Source of the DNA: Lentisphaerae bacterium GWF2_57_35
GTDB taxonomy: Bacteria > Verrucomicrobiota > Kiritimatiellia > CAIQIC01 > GWF2-57-35
Direction of reading: 5' to 3'
DNA length: 64,000 nt
Assembly: GCA_001804865.1 (NCBI GenBank)
Contig: MHBK01000019.1
Span: 40,617 to 104,616, forward strand
The notes under the pieces are model-generated. The model worked only from the letters and a program-made list of their open reading frames with translations. It searched no databases and was not told the origin of the DNA. A program made the translations under genes and the position numbers. This document shows, piece after piece, positions 29,747 through 40,636 of the stretch. Every line of letters begins with the position of its first letter. Within the stretch, counting starts at the first letter, position 1.

Positions 29747-30418
29747 TTACGACCGCGGCTTTTCCGATGTTTGGAAAAGCATGACGCTGTCCGGATGGAA
29801 CTCCAGCCGCAGGCCATATGCTTTTTCCAGGGTTTGGAAAACCTGCCGCGAAAAAAAGCCGATGTGGGTCGCATCGTCTTTGTAAAACCAATCGCCGAAC
29901 GGCGTGAACTCGGGCTCGCGCAGTTGCGTCATGATGCCGATCCAGCCGCCAGGTTTCACCAGCCGCAGAAAACGTTCGAATTCCTCACGCGGACGAACGA
30001 GGTGCTCCAGGGTCTCCGAGCAGGTCAGGAAATCATATTTTTGCTCAAGTACGGCGGGATCGTTAGCATAGTGCAGATCGTAGTTATCGCAACGGTAACC
30101 GGCCTCTTGGAACAACAAGGAGAGCGTCGGCGTCGGGCCACAGCCAAAGTCGAGTCCGCGCGCGCCGGGCAAAAGCTTCGTTTCCAAGGGTTGGAAAAGA
30201 CGACTCAGGAAGGCGCGATACCCGGGGTCAAAAGCCGTGTTGCGATGCAAATCGTAACGAGCCTTCTCCTGTTCGGGCGACACCTGCTGCTCAAGAGGCA
30301 CAAAGACGAGATCGCACGACAGGCAGCGGAAATAGTCGCGCTTCCGGTCGCGGTGAAACGGTTCGGCGGAGCGGCTGCCGCAGAGCGGACAGAATTGAAC
30401 GGTCGGGTTTATCGGCAT
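29747..30418 (-). CDS. Class I SAM-dependent methyltransferase with N-terminal zinc ribbon
   Basis: CPLC...CLSC, GLDFGCGP, CSETLEH, D.THI.FFS. Confidence 0.85.
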   Translation of the reverse strand: MPINPTVQFCPLCGSRSAEPFHRDRKRDYFRCLSCDLVFVPLEQQVSPEQEKARYDLHRNTAFDPGYRAFLSRLFQPLETKLLPGARGLDFGCGPTPTLSLLFQEAGYRCDNYDLHYANDPAVLEQKYDFLTCSETLEHLVRPREEFERFLRLVKPGGWIGIMTQLREPEFTPFGDWFYKDDATHIGFFSRQVFQTLEKAYGLRLEFHPDSVMLFQTSEKPRS

Positions 30419-30526
30419 AACGATCTTGGCTCCCCAAACCACTACGAAAGACAGATTCCTTTCCTTGAGAAAGCATCGGAGCTGCAGCGTATAATAAAGT
30501 TGCACCCCTTCACAAGCCCAGCCTGG

Positions 30527-32020
30527 TTACTTGATGGAGGGCGAGCGGGCGCACTGCTCGGAAACTTTTCGGAAATGATAACCGTAGATGGCCAGTTTGA
30601 TGGCTTCGGGAATAAGGCGCGGACGATGAAATTGCGTCCATAACATCAGCTTCCAATACTGAAAGCGTTCTGAGCCCAAGATGCCAAGCCGATAGGTGGC
30701 ATGCAAAACAGCGCGGATGTGTCCCCATTGGACATGGGGCCGAATGGTCGGCGCCTTGAACTCGCGGAGGAAGGTCCTGATGCGCTGGTAATAATACTTG
30801 GGAGCGTAGATGTGCTCCAGGATCTTCCGATACCCCTCGTACAACGCCTCCAGACTCATGACCGGCGCAATGTTCGTGGTTCCGTCCACATTGTCTCCGG
30901 ACATCTCTCCACGCAAACGGCCTTCTTTCTTCATGCGTTCGTAAAGCCGCGTGCCCGGCGGCGCCTGCAACAAACCGACCATGGCCGTCACAATGCCGCT
31001 CTTCTGGATGAAATCGATCTGCCGCTGAAAAATGGACGGCGAGTCGTGATCGAAGCCCACGATGAACCCGCCCTGCACCTGAAGCCCGGCCCGCTGCATC
31101 CGTTTCACGTCGTCGACAAGATCGCGATTCCGATTTTGCACCTTGCTGCACTCGGCCAGACAGTCTTCGTCCGGTGTTTCAATGCCGATGAAAACCGTGT
31201 CGAACCCGGCTTCGACCATTAACGTCATCAGTTGTTCGTCCTCCGCCAGATTGATGGACGTCTCGGTATTGAAGCCGATTCCCCGGTGAGTCTTCCTCCA
31301 GGCCATCAAGGCCGGCAGCAGATCGGTTTTGAGGTAATGCTTGTTTCCAATGAAATTATCGTCCACAAAAAAGACAGCCCCCCGCCAACCCCGTTCATAA
31401 AGGCCGTTCAGCTCAGCCAGGATCTGTCGCGACGGCTTAACGCGAAACCGCCGGCCAAACAAGGCGGTGATATTGCAGAAATCGCAATCGAACGGACACC
31501 CGCGGGAACTCTGGACGCACATGGTGGCGTATTTTTCCATATCCAATAGATCCCACATGGGCAGAGGCGTCAGCCGTAAGTCCGGGAATAGCTCCGAAGA
31601 GTACAGCCTCTGCGGGCAGCCCTTCTCCCAATCGGCCAGAAAAGGTGGAAGCGTCAATTCGGCTTCGTTCAGCACAAAATGATCCACCAACGGAAACTGC
31701 TCGTGCTCGATTTGGAACAGCGGCCCGCCGGCCACGACCAGCAGGCCCGCCTCTTTGCACTGGGCAATGATCTGATGCGCCGATCCGCGTTGCACCACCA
31801 TCGCGCTGATGAACGCGCAATCCGCCCAGTCCAAATCGTCTTTCGACAATTCCCGGACATTCGTATCCACCAGCCGCTTCGACCACTCTTTCGGCAGCAT
31901 AGAGGCCACGGTCAAAAGTCCGAGCGGCGGAAAAGCGGAGCGTTTACGGACAAATTGCAGCGCGCGCTTAAAACTCCAGAACGTGTCCGGAAACTGTGGA
32001 TAAATCAAAAGAATGTTCAT
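30527..32020 (-). CDS. B12-binding radical SAM protein (DUF4070 type)
   Basis: PPLGLLTVA, SRGCPFDCDFC (CxxxCxxC), FFVDDNFIGN, GGFIVGFD. Confidence 0.92.
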   Translation of the reverse strand: MNILLIYPQFPDTFWSFKRALQFVRKRSAFPPLGLLTVASMLPKEWSKRLVDTNVRELSKDDLDWADCAFISAMVVQRGSAHQIIAQCKEAGLLVVAGGPLFQIEHEQFPLVDHFVLNEAELTLPPFLADWEKGCPQRLYSSELFPDLRLTPLPMWDLLDMEKYATMCVQSSRGCPFDCDFCNITALFGRRFRVKPSRQILAELNGLYERGWRGAVFFVDDNFIGNKHYLKTDLLPALMAWRKTHRGIGFNTETSINLAEDEQLMTLMVEAGFDTVFIGIETPDEDCLAECSKVQNRNRDLVDDVKRMQRAGLQVQGGFIVGFDHDSPSIFQRQIDFIQKSGIVTAMVGLLQAPPGTRLYERMKKEGRLRGEMSGDNVDGTTNIAPVMSLEALYEGYRKILEHIYAPKYYYQRIRTFLREFKAPTIRPHVQWGHIRAVLHATYRLGILGSERFQYWKLMLWTQFHRPRLIPEAIKLAIYGYHFRKVSEQCARSPSIK

Positions 32021-32171
32021 GCTGCGTTTTGCTCTCCTCCCCCTGCACCTGACGTCCCGCCCGTTGTTTATGAATCAGTAAACGTTACGTCACAAGGCAA
32101 CGGCTTGCAATGAGGGGAAACCTGACGAAACGGCTCAGGTTATGCCTTATGGGAAGGAACCGGAGGGCGTT

Positions 32172-32197
32172 AAAAGGCCGGGGGATGAGCCCCGGCC
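32172..32197 (-). terminator. Probable intrinsic terminator
   Basis: GGCCGGGG/CCCCGGCC stem followed by TTTT on minus strand, about 50 bp after stop at 32249. Confidence 0.55.
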
Positions 32198-32248
32198 CCA
32201 AAAAACGAAGCTTTTTCCACCGCCTTACGGCGGCGGCTACAAAGAGAC

Positions 32249-35200
32249 TTAAAGCTTCTCGGCTACGATCTTGTAGAACAGCATCATGGCGTTATCGACC
32301 GTGTCCGTATAACAATTCATGGGCGGCGTGGCGGGAATGGCGGTTGCGATTTCGGAAAAGGGCGCCAGCAGGCTGTCCGTCCGGTACAGGTCATAGACCC
32401 GGCCTTCGACGCTGGGCCAGCAGACGAGCATGACGTCGCCCTGCCGAACCGCGTGAACGTTCAGAAGCGAATCGGAGTCCGCCTGGTTCGTACCCGCCAC
32501 AGCTTCTTCGGCATCGCTCATTCCGTCGCGGTCCGTGTCCATGTCGGCGTCCTGCTCAGAAACCTGAGGATGGTTCGCATCGCACCAAACGGCTTCATAC
32601 GCGCCCATGTCCACGGCTCCATGATCGAGACGAGGTTGACCATTCAGGTCCGTGGCCGTCGACATCCATGTTTCCAGCAATCCGGCATCGATGCAAGGCG
32701 ACCGGGGGGAAAGGGCATAAGAGCCATTTCCGGCAAACAACGGCTCCGATTCCAGACAGCCGGCCGCAGCATAGGCGCCGATCGGATAAATGCACGAATA
32801 GGAAATCGATCCCGCGCCCGCACCCCCATAGTTGGGGCCGTTGGCGGCCGTATTGCCATAAAGGATGGAGTTGACGGCGATTCCGTTCTGCTCAAAAGCA
32901 ATACCGCCGCCGTTCGGCGCCTTGTTGCCGCTGACCGTGCAACTTTCCACCCGACTCGCAACGCATTCGATGCCGCCGCCGTGGTTGACCGCTTCGTTGC
33001 TCACGACCAGACTGTTTCGCAGCGTGCTCCACCAGAGCGTCGCCCCGCCGCCGCTGTAAGCGCCGCGGTTTTCTTTGACGACCGTGTTTTCGAGAACGCC
33101 CGACACCCAATGCAAACCGCCCCCTTCCCCACCCGCATAGTTGCTGCAAACCAAGTTGCCGAAGCCTCGCGCGCCCCAGCCGTACAAACCTCCGGCATGG
33201 CCGCCGGCTCGGTTGCCCTGAATGCGGCAGTTGTTGACCGTACCGCCCATCCAGCAATAAACGCCGCCGCCGTCATAGCAGGCTTGATTGCCCTCCACAA
33301 TGCAGGATTCGACCTGGCCGCCGCTGAGACAAAGAATGCCGCCGGCCTGCGCCCCGGAATAATTGCCGCGGACGGTGGAGTTGGCGATGAGCCCGCCTTG
33401 ATTCAGAAATACCGCCCCGCCATCGCGCCAGCCCGAATACCATGCGGAGTTATTGGTGAAGAGGCACGAAACCAGGGTTCCATACTTGTCGCAGAAAGCG
33501 CCAGCCCCTCGATTCGCACTGCCGCGGACGATCGTGAAGCCGGACACCACGGCGTTCGAATGCGCGAGGTATAGGCACCTCGCGCCATACTGGCCATCCA
33601 GGGTCGTCGCCGACTGGCCGTTTACGGATTTCAGCGCAATACCGTTGGTAAGCCGCACAGTCGCCCCCAGCCGGTAGACGCCATTGGTCGCCAGCACCGT
33701 TTCCCCATGACTCGATACGGCAACCGCCGCCTGAATATTCGTGGCGGCATCGGCCCAGGTGAGATATGGGAAGAGATGGCGTCCGGAAGCCGAGACGTAA
33801 CGCGTCAGCGCCGGAGAAATCCGCCGATAAAGGACGCAGACTTGCCCGCAGTTGCCGGCCACGACATCTTCCCAGCCGTCGCCATCGGCATCGAACACAG
33901 CCAGGGTTTTCGTCAGACCCGCCTGCGCTCCGAAGGCGCCGGCGTTTCCTTTACGAAATACTCCTTGCCCGTTGTTTAAATACAGGACGTTGTTTTTCGT
34001 TTCCTGCGCCACGGCCAAATCCAGGTCGCCATCCCGGTCGGCATCGAACGCGACCATGTTGCGGGTCATAGCCGCGGCATCGTCAAAAGCCCCTGCTTCG
34101 ATCTTCCGGAATTGATGGCTCCCAAGGTTGAGATAGAGATAATTGGGCTCTCCATAATTCCCCGCCGCCAAGTCGATCCGTCCGTCCCCGTTGGCGTCAA
34201 ACGCCGTCAGATTGTCCGTCTTCATGGCCGCGTCGTCCAATTCGCCGGCATCCACTTTACAAAAATGGGCGGCTCCATCGTTGATGTACAGGGCGGTCCG
34301 TCCGCCATGATCGCCCACCACCACATCCGTATCGCCATCGTTATCCGCGTCCAGCACGGCCAGCGCGAAATGCGGACCCGCGACATCGTCGAGCTCGCCG
34401 GCCTCCGTTCGGGTGAAGACGCCGCGGCCATCGTTAAGATACAGTTTCGTACATTGCGAATAACTGACTTCAACCAAGTCGGCGTCGCCATCGCCATCGG
34501 CATCCAGCGTCGCGAGTTTGAGCGTGTGATAAAACCCGGCGCCGGGATTTCCAAAGTCGCCGCACGACGCATTCGTAAACACGCCCTGCCCCTGGTTGAT
34601 ATAGAGTTCGTTGGGTTCGGTGTAGTTGCCCACCGCCAAGTCGACATCCCCATCGCCGTCGGCATCCAGCGACACCACGCACGTCGCCTGCACATATCCG
34701 CCGGACTGATCGAAATCGCCCGATTCCATCGGGGTAAACTGGCCGCCGTCATTCCGATACAGGATGTTGGAACTGAAATTGACGACCACCGCCAGATCCA
34801 AATCGCTGTCGCCATCCACATCCACCGCCGCACAATCCCAGGTCTTGGAAGTTACGTCGTCAAACCGCCCGGCCTCGACCACCCGATACTTCGGACCGGG
34901 ATCCGACAAGGCATCGTTGGGGCGAGTCCCCTGAAGGAACTCGGTCCGATTATCGTAGCCGTCGCTATCCGTATCGAGCCCCGCATCGGCCGGATCGCGC
35001 GGATCAAGCCCGTATTGCACTTCCCAGCCGTCGCGCAGGCCGTCCTGATCCTGATCGCTCAGAACCGGATTCAACTGGGCGAGAAACTCCTGAAGATTGG
35101 ACAGCCCGTCGGCATCGGCATCGCCCGCCGCCCCGTGGGCCAGAGTTCCGAAATATTGCATTTCCCACGTATCCGTCAGGCCGTCGCGGTCGCTGTCCAT

Positions 35201-36220
35201 AAAGACGGGGCCCAATCCAGGATCGGTTCGAAACGTGAGCCGAACGATCTGATGCGCCGCCATATCGGTCGCCCAGACCTCATCGGTATTCATATCCACG
35301 GCAATTCCCGCGAGACGGGCTTCGGCGGTTCCCACCACAAACTCGCGTATAACGCCGGTCGCCGGATCGAGAACGCCAATTCGGCCGGCAATATGCTCTA
35401 CAAACCAAATTCGGCCCCAACGATCGGCGGCCAGGGCATTGGGCGCGGCATTGGGAGTGGGTGTTGCATACTGCGTAAACTGCCCGCTGCACGGATCGTA
35501 AGAGGCGATCTTCGAGGTGTCCTGAACGCTCATCCAAATCTTTCCGCCGACCGCCAGCGTTGAGCGGATGGTGGCCCGGTCGGCCGGAAAAGCGATGGAT
35601 AGGAAGCTCGTCGTAGCGGGATCGAATCGCACCAGTCTCGGATTGCTCTCGTCCCAGCCGACGGAGGTGCACCAGAACCGCCCCAATTCGTCGCGTGCGA
35701 GGCCGGTCATGTATCCCGAACACGCCGGCGGCACTTTAAAAGTGTTCAATCCGTTCGGGGACACACAGCCGATGTAGCCTGAATCCCAGCCGCCGAACCA
35801 GAGGCGGCCTTCCTGATCCAACGAGCACATTCCCGCAGAGGCCAGGGGCAGGCCGGTGGACAGCAAATGGACAGCCCCCGCTCCACCGGGCGTCAAACGC
35901 CCGATTTGGCCGTTACCGTAAACGTCGCCCGCAAAGTAGACGGCATTCTCGCTTCGACTCACGGCAATTCCGCGGGCCGTATACGTGACCGGGTATTCGG
36001 CGATCGCTCCCGTCTCCGGATTCAAACTCCCCACTTTCTTCCCTGCCAATTCCGTAAACCATACCGTCCCGTTCTGCGCCACCTCGATGCAAAACGGCTG
36101 GCTGTTGGCGGTGGGAATCGGATACTTTCGGATGGCAACCGTTTCGCCGGCAAAAACGACCCCAGCCGTCATCAGGAAACAGGAAAACAGGACCACCGGA
36201 AACCTGGACTGCATCTTCAT
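32249..36220 (-). CDS. Large secreted protein: Vgb-like propeller, TSP3-like Ca repeats, FG-GAP repeats, beta-helix, terminal domain
   Basis: Signal peptide after GAGGAG RBS; WFTE/WFVE blades; D.D.DG repeats; DADGDGD.DL.VGN...N.LY.N repeats; GGG/GN beta-helix; SPCIDAG...VDMGAYE. Confidence 0.85.
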   Translation of the reverse strand: MKMQSRFPVVLFSCFLMTAGVVFAGETVAIRKYPIPTANSQPFCIEVAQNGTVWFTELAGKKVGSLNPETGAIAEYPVTYTARGIAVSRSENAVYFAGDVYGNGQIGRLTPGGAGAVHLLSTGLPLASAGMCSLDQEGRLWFGGWDSGYIGCVSPNGLNTFKVPPACSGYMTGLARDELGRFWCTSVGWDESNPRLVRFDPATTSFLSIAFPADRATIRSTLAVGGKIWMSVQDTSKIASYDPCSGQFTQYATPTPNAAPNALAADRWGRIWFVEHIAGRIGVLDPATGVIREFVVGTAEARLAGIAVDMNTDEVWATDMAAHQIVRLTFRTDPGLGPVFMDSDRDGLTDTWEMQYFGTLAHGAAGDADADGLSNLQEFLAQLNPVLSDQDQDGLRDGWEVQYGLDPRDPADAGLDTDSDGYDNRTEFLQGTRPNDALSDPGPKYRVVEAGRFDDVTSKTWDCAAVDVDGDSDLDLAVVVNFSSNILYRNDGGQFTPMESGDFDQSGGYVQATCVVSLDADGDGDVDLAVGNYTEPNELYINQGQGVFTNASCGDFGNPGAGFYHTLKLATLDADGDGDADLVEVSYSQCTKLYLNDGRGVFTRTEAGELDDVAGPHFALAVLDADNDGDTDVVVGDHGGRTALYINDGAAHFCKVDAGELDDAAMKTDNLTAFDANGDGRIDLAAGNYGEPNYLYLNLGSHQFRKIEAGAFDDAAAMTRNMVAFDADRDGDLDLAVAQETKNNVLYLNNGQGVFRKGNAGAFGAQAGLTKTLAVFDADGDGWEDVVAGNCGQVCVLYRRISPALTRYVSASGRHLFPYLTWADAATNIQAAVAVSSHGETVLATNGVYRLGATVRLTNGIALKSVNGQSATTLDGQYGARCLYLAHSNAVVSGFTIVRGSANRGAGAFCDKYGTLVSCLFTNNSAWYSGWRDGGAVFLNQGGLIANSTVRGNYSGAQAGGILCLSGGQVESCIVEGNQACYDGGGVYCWMGGTVNNCRIQGNRAGGHAGGLYGWGARGFGNLVCSNYAGGEGGGLHWVSGVLENTVVKENRGAYSGGGATLWWSTLRNSLVVSNEAVNHGGGIECVASRVESCTVSGNKAPNGGGIAFEQNGIAVNSILYGNTAANGPNYGGAGAGSISYSCIYPIGAYAAAGCLESEPLFAGNGSYALSPRSPCIDAGLLETWMSTATDLNGQPRLDHGAVDMGAYEAVWCDANHPQVSEQDADMDTDRDGMSDAEEAVAGTNQADSDSLLNVHAVRQGDVMLVCWPSVEGRVYDLYRTDSLLAPFSEIATAIPATPPMNCYTDTVDNAMMLFYKIVAEKL

Positions 36221-36542
36221 AGCGTTGAACCTCCTCATGAAACGAAAGAGAGCACGTTTTGAAATTATCCCATACTGAATATCCATATTGATAAGGTTTG
36301 TCAACATGAAATACCCAAACAATTTCGATCAACGATCACTCTATATTATAACTATTTTTTAGTTACCGTCAAGCTCTTCCTTTGCGCGAGATCGGTTGCA
36401 TTTATCGCCCCATTTGTTGTGATCGATTGCATTGCGGGCTGCTGCCGCAGCCAATGGAGAGGAAGGAAGTCAGTAGGCGGCCCAGACCCGCGGTCTTTTT
36501 TGTGAAACAACAACTTATCGATTTGCCGGTAGATTCGCATTT

Positions 36543-36602
36543 TGGAGGATTCCGCTCTGTCGGAACCTTCTTCTTCCGGTCGCGACGGAGCGCGACCCTC
36601 CA
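36543..36602. repeat. REPIN-like doublet of GGAG-footed hairpins
   Basis: GGAGGATTCCGCTCTGTCGGAACC...GGTCGCGACGGAGCGCGACCCTCC; reverse-complement copy near 60021-60081, parts near 40015, 40184 and 40237. Confidence 0.8.
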
Positions 36603-36712
36603 AAAAACAAATCTTCTTGTAGGCGACCTAGCCCCAGTCTTTATTGAATACAAGAAGGTGAATCGGCGTCCATTCCATGTTATTTTAACAATATGGGAAA
36701 GGCGGAAGAGTC

Positions 36713-37585
36713 ATGAAAAGAATCGTTCAAACAGCCTGTTTAATCTTGGGATGGCTAATGGGTTCGCTTTGCGCTGCTTCCGAAATTGCCGCCGGCGATT
36801 CCCTCGCCGCGGTGATGGAGGTTTTGGGCCCTCCCCCGGGTGAAGTCGCGGTGGGCTCGCGAACGCTTTTGTATTATGAGCGCGGCCGCGTGGAGCTTTG
36901 GGATGGCAAAGTAGTCGCTGCCGATCTGATTTCGCCGCAAGAGGCGGACGCGCGCCGAATCAAACGGCAACAGGCCGCGGAACTGGCGCGCAAGGCCGAC
37001 GAAGAGCGGCGCGCACAATTGAAGTTGAAAGGCCGGGCGCTTCTGGAAAAGAAGCTATCCGATCCCGCCTTTCTCGCATCGCCAGCCGGGCGCCGCGCCG
37101 CTTTTTGGGAGAATTTTATGAGAGACTACCCGGACGTGCCCGTTCAAGCCGAGTATGCCGCCGCCTTGGCGGAGCAGCGAATGGATGAAGCCGCGCAGCG
37201 CGCCGAAGAGGAAAGGGCCTGGCAAATGACCGAACTGCAACGCCAAGTCGACCAAGCGGAGCAGCGCGCCTACGAAGCCGAAGCACGATCTTCTTATGCT
37301 TCTTCCTATGCCTATAATCCCATTTTCATTGTGCCGGCTCCCCAACCCCAACCAGCCTGCGAGACCGCAGTGCATCAGACGCCGGTTTTCGTCAACTCGA
37401 GGCCGCATTACCGCCATGACGACCGTGCCCGCGGGCATCGGCTCTCAAACCGTCGAGTCGTTTCGCCCCCGGCCGTTCATCGTCGTTTACCGTCTCGCGC
37501 AAAACCCCTATCGGCTTTACCACGGGTCGATCAATGGCCCAAAGTCTCCACGCCGCTGCTGGATCAGCACAAAAGACGCCGCTAA
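36713..37585 (+). CDS. Hypothetical exported protein with coiled-coil and Pro/Arg-rich tail
   Basis: Signal peptide; LG.P.G......LYY.RG.V; helical E/A/Q/R-rich middle. Confidence 0.7.
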   Translation: MKRIVQTACLILGWLMGSLCAASEIAAGDSLAAVMEVLGPPPGEVAVGSRTLLYYERGRVELWDGKVVAADLISPQEADARRIKRQQAAELARKADEERRAQLKLKGRALLEKKLSDPAFLASPAGRRAAFWENFMRDYPDVPVQAEYAAALAEQRMDEAAQRAEEERAWQMTELQRQVDQAEQRAYEAEARSSYASSYAYNPIFIVPAPQPQPACETAVHQTPVFVNSRPHYRHDDRARGHRLSNRRVVSPPAVHRRLPSRAKPLSALPRVDQWPKVSTPLLDQHKRRR

Positions 37586-38505
37586 CAATTCAAAATGTTC
37601 ACAACCTCATTTGCCATGATGTTCTGCAAGACTCCCTCGCGCGCTGCAACGATAACGGTTTTGTCTCCGCGCGGGCCCCAGATGCTCGAATTGCTGGGGC
37701 CGAACAAGGCCACGGTTGGCAAGCCCAGCGCGGAGGCGAGATGAGTGATGCCCGAGTCGTTGCCGAGATAGCCTTGAACGTTGGCTAGCACGCTTGCCGT
37801 CTCCAGCAACGTAGCCTCCGCCAGCAGGGCCGGGGCCGGCTTCATGGCCTCCAATGCAGTACGAAGTGCCGAATCGGCTTCTCCAGCAACAAACAGGATG
37901 CTCCGCCCCGCGGCTTCCAGTTGGCGGGCCACATCAACAAATCGATCCAGCGGCCAGTTCTTCTTAGGGCTGCCGCTGCCCGGATGGATCGCCGCCACAT
38001 CGCCCGAGAGGCCCCTCTCCGCCAGCCATTGCCGGCCTTTCTCCTTAAGATCGGCGGGCAAAAGCAAATGAGGCACATCGCTTTCCGGATAAATGGCCAG
38101 GCTTTCCAGAGGCTTAAGCAAATGGCGCGAGGCAGGACCGGCCTGAACGATCGGAGAGCCATACAACACTTGCCGCGCGCCGGCCAGCAGAAGGTTATCT
38201 TTCACCACGCCCTGAGGATCGTGCAGATAGCTCAGGATGAGATCGAACGAAGCGATGTGGGCCGCTTGAGTCTCGGTGAAAGCAGCGCAGACGGAAAAGA
38301 AGCGGGCCATCTCGGCACGATCCAACGAATCCACGTGATCGATCAAACCTGCGGCCAGGGCCAGATTGGCGATGTGGGGATAGCCGATAAGTTCGATATA
38401 GGCGCCCGGCCAACGCTCGCGCAAAGCGGCGAGGGCCGGCAATGTTACGATGAAATCCCCAATGGCCCCGCCTCGAAGAACCAGAAAACGCGCCTTATGC
38501 GTCAT
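37582..38505 (-). CDS. Glycosyltransferase family 9 (heptosyltransferase-like)
   Basis: GAIGDFI, HPGSGSPKKNWP, GNDSGITHLA, LFGPS. Confidence 0.9.
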   Translation of the reverse strand: MTHKARFLVLRGGAIGDFIVTLPALAALRERWPGAYIELIGYPHIANLALAAGLIDHVDSLDRAEMARFFSVCAAFTETQAAHIASFDLILSYLHDPQGVVKDNLLLAGARQVLYGSPIVQAGPASRHLLKPLESLAIYPESDVPHLLLPADLKEKGRQWLAERGLSGDVAAIHPGSGSPKKNWPLDRFVDVARQLEAAGRSILFVAGEADSALRTALEAMKPAPALLAEATLLETASVLANVQGYLGNDSGITHLASALGLPTVALFGPSNSSIWGPRGDKTVIVAAREGVLQNIMANEVVNILNC

Positions 38506-38805
38506 GAGATCGTCCTATTGAATAATAAAGTCTAACACAAACAAACTCTTAATGGAAGGCCGGCCGGCACTGGGCCATCCCGATACTGCCGCAAATTCAT
38601 TCCGTTCAATAAGGATCGGGCTTGCGAAATGGAGCCGGGGCGACCTCGCCTGTCTTTTATACATAAATCCTATGGATCTGGATGTGAAGGACATTCCGGT
38701 GCATAAACTGGCCGATCAGGTTGGTGGAATTCTTGAATCCAAACCATTCGCGCAAATTCTTCAAGTGAGGGAAATGGCCGTCGAACACATCACCAGCTTT
38801 ATTCC

Positions 38806-39770
38806 GGGTCGGACCTCGGCAACAACCAATTTGTTAAATACTTAGGCTATTTATACCCCATTAAAACCCTACTATGGCTCCATTTTCGTGTCTCTTTTCT
38901 GAGCCATATGCGCTTTCAGCTTCCCGCAAAACCATCGCCCCATACTCGGTTGTAGATTTCTCCAACCGTTTACGGGTGTAGTCACGCAAGAGAGCCTGCT
39001 CAATCTCGACGACGTACGCAGCACTGCCTACAGCCACGGCATGGCTCCAATCAGGCTCTCGGACAAGAGGTCCTTGTTGGAGCGCCTCATCGATGCATTG
39101 GGCATACCAAGATCGGAAGCTTGACACCTCTTTTTCAGCGAACAAATCCAAGACCAAGTCCATATCCACCAGTCGATTTCGTTTGCGTTCCCCCATCAGT
39201 TCTCCCCAACCCGTCCAATCCCAATCCCGAGGGTGTTTCACCACGCCTGCCCGGACCATGTTCAGATCGATGTATCTCATGCATCGCCGCAAATGTTCCC
39301 CATTTTCAATCATCGTGGCGTGATAACGATCCGACCAAAAGGCCCCTCTTCGATGTTTCCGGAGGTTATAGGCTTGGGCAAAGCAGCCCTGCACGTACTG
39401 CATCAAACAGCCAAGTTCTTCGGTCGATCCGGCGTGGAACAATAGATGCACATGATTGCAGGTAATACAGTGGGTGAGCAGTTGAACGTCGTGCCGGGCC
39501 AATCCGTCACGCAACCAGCAACGATAAGCCTGCCGATCCCGCGAGAACTTTAAAAGAAACGTCCGATCATGGCATCGATGCGTGACATGATACAGCCCCC
39601 CAGGTTGGATGTGTCGATTCGCCCTTGGCATGAAACCTACCCTACTTGCACAATCCGTTTCCGTACAGCTCGTTTTTCAGCCTGAAAAATCGAGCCATCA
39701 ATGGTATTTCAACTCAATATCTGTCGTATTTAACTTCAAATAAACAACTTGTCGAGGTCCGACCCGCTCT
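38806..39770 (-). mobile_element. Y1/HUH transposase element bounded by 13-bp inverted repeats
   Basis: GGGTCGGACCTCG at 38806-38818 and its reverse complement at 39753-39765 flank the transposase. Confidence 0.75.
38861..39631 (-). CDS. Y1 (IS200-like / RAYT-like) HUH transposase
   Basis: YHVTHR, NHVHLL (HUH), FWSDRY, RYIDLNMVRAG (catalytic Tyr), PRDWDW. Confidence 0.9.
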   Translation of the reverse strand: MPRANRHIQPGGLYHVTHRCHDRTFLLKFSRDRQAYRCWLRDGLARHDVQLLTHCITCNHVHLLFHAGSTEELGCLMQYVQGCFAQAYNLRKHRRGAFWSDRYHATMIENGEHLRRCMRYIDLNMVRAGVVKHPRDWDWTGWGELMGERKRNRLVDMDLVLDLFAEKEVSSFRSWYAQCIDEALQQGPLVREPDWSHAVAVGSAAYVVEIEQALLRDYTRKRLEKSTTEYGAMVLREAESAYGSEKRHENGAIVGF

Positions 39771-40292
39771 CACCCACCCCCACGAAATCACGCTTGTTCG
39801 CAACGCTGCCGGAACTGGAACTCCCCAAAAGCTTCAACCGGCGCCAGACCCTCGATATGACAACAAAAATCGTATCGCGCCCTCGTCAAACATTCGTGCG
39901 ACGACGCCTGGAACAGCTTCTTTCCCAGCCGTAACATTGCGTTTTTCGAAGCCCGCGTAAACGCGGAGGCCTTATCGCGAAGCCGGTTGCACAATGACCC
40001 TCGTCTTCTCTCCTGGAGGGTTCCGCTCCGTCGGAACCTCTTTCCGTCTCCTTCCGCCCCGAAGTGGACCATGAAGGCGGCCCGGCTTCTCCCTGCCCGC
40101 AACGCTTCGCATAGCGATGCGCAGGCGGGCGAAGACGGGCGCTTCGCCTTTCTGAAGCCGCGTTGAAGAATCGTCAGGGCCACGGTCGCGACGGAGCGCG
40201 ACCCTCCAAACGACAAAGACATCATTCTTCTCTCCTGGAGGGTTCCGCTCTGTCGGAACCTCTTTCCATCTCCCTCTCTAAAACATGGGCTC

Positions 40293-40636
40293 GTTGGAAC
40301 GCCTCATCGATGCATTGGGCGTACCGAGATCGGAAGCTCGACGCTTCGTTTTCAGCCCACCAGTCGATTTCGTTTGCGCTCCCCCATCAGTTCTCCCCAA
40401 CCCGTCCAATCCCAACTAAAAAAACGCCCAATCACGGCAGCGATGCGTGACAGGATACAGCCCCCAGGTTGGATGTGTCTATTCGTCCTTGGATAAAACC
40501 TACCCGACTTGCACAATCCGTTTTTTCCGTACAGCCCGTTTTTCAGCCTGAAAAATCGAGCTATCAAGGGTGTTTTTACTCAATATCTGTCGTATTCAGC
40601 TTCAAAACAACAACTTGTCGAGGTCCGACCCGCTCT
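40293..40636 (-). pseudogene. Decayed, internally deleted second copy of the Y1 transposase element
   Basis: Collinear similarity to about 39076-39770 with two deletions and loss of the ATG; same end CGAGGTCCGACCCGCTCT. Confidence 0.85.

Noticed and set aside
30527-32020. Assigning hopanoid methylase hpnP
   Set aside because: The family is broad and no hopanoid genes are nearby; specificity cannot be called by eye
35220-36150. Virginiamycin B lyase resistance gene
   Set aside because: Only a propeller module within a large secreted mosaic protein; catalytic residues not verified
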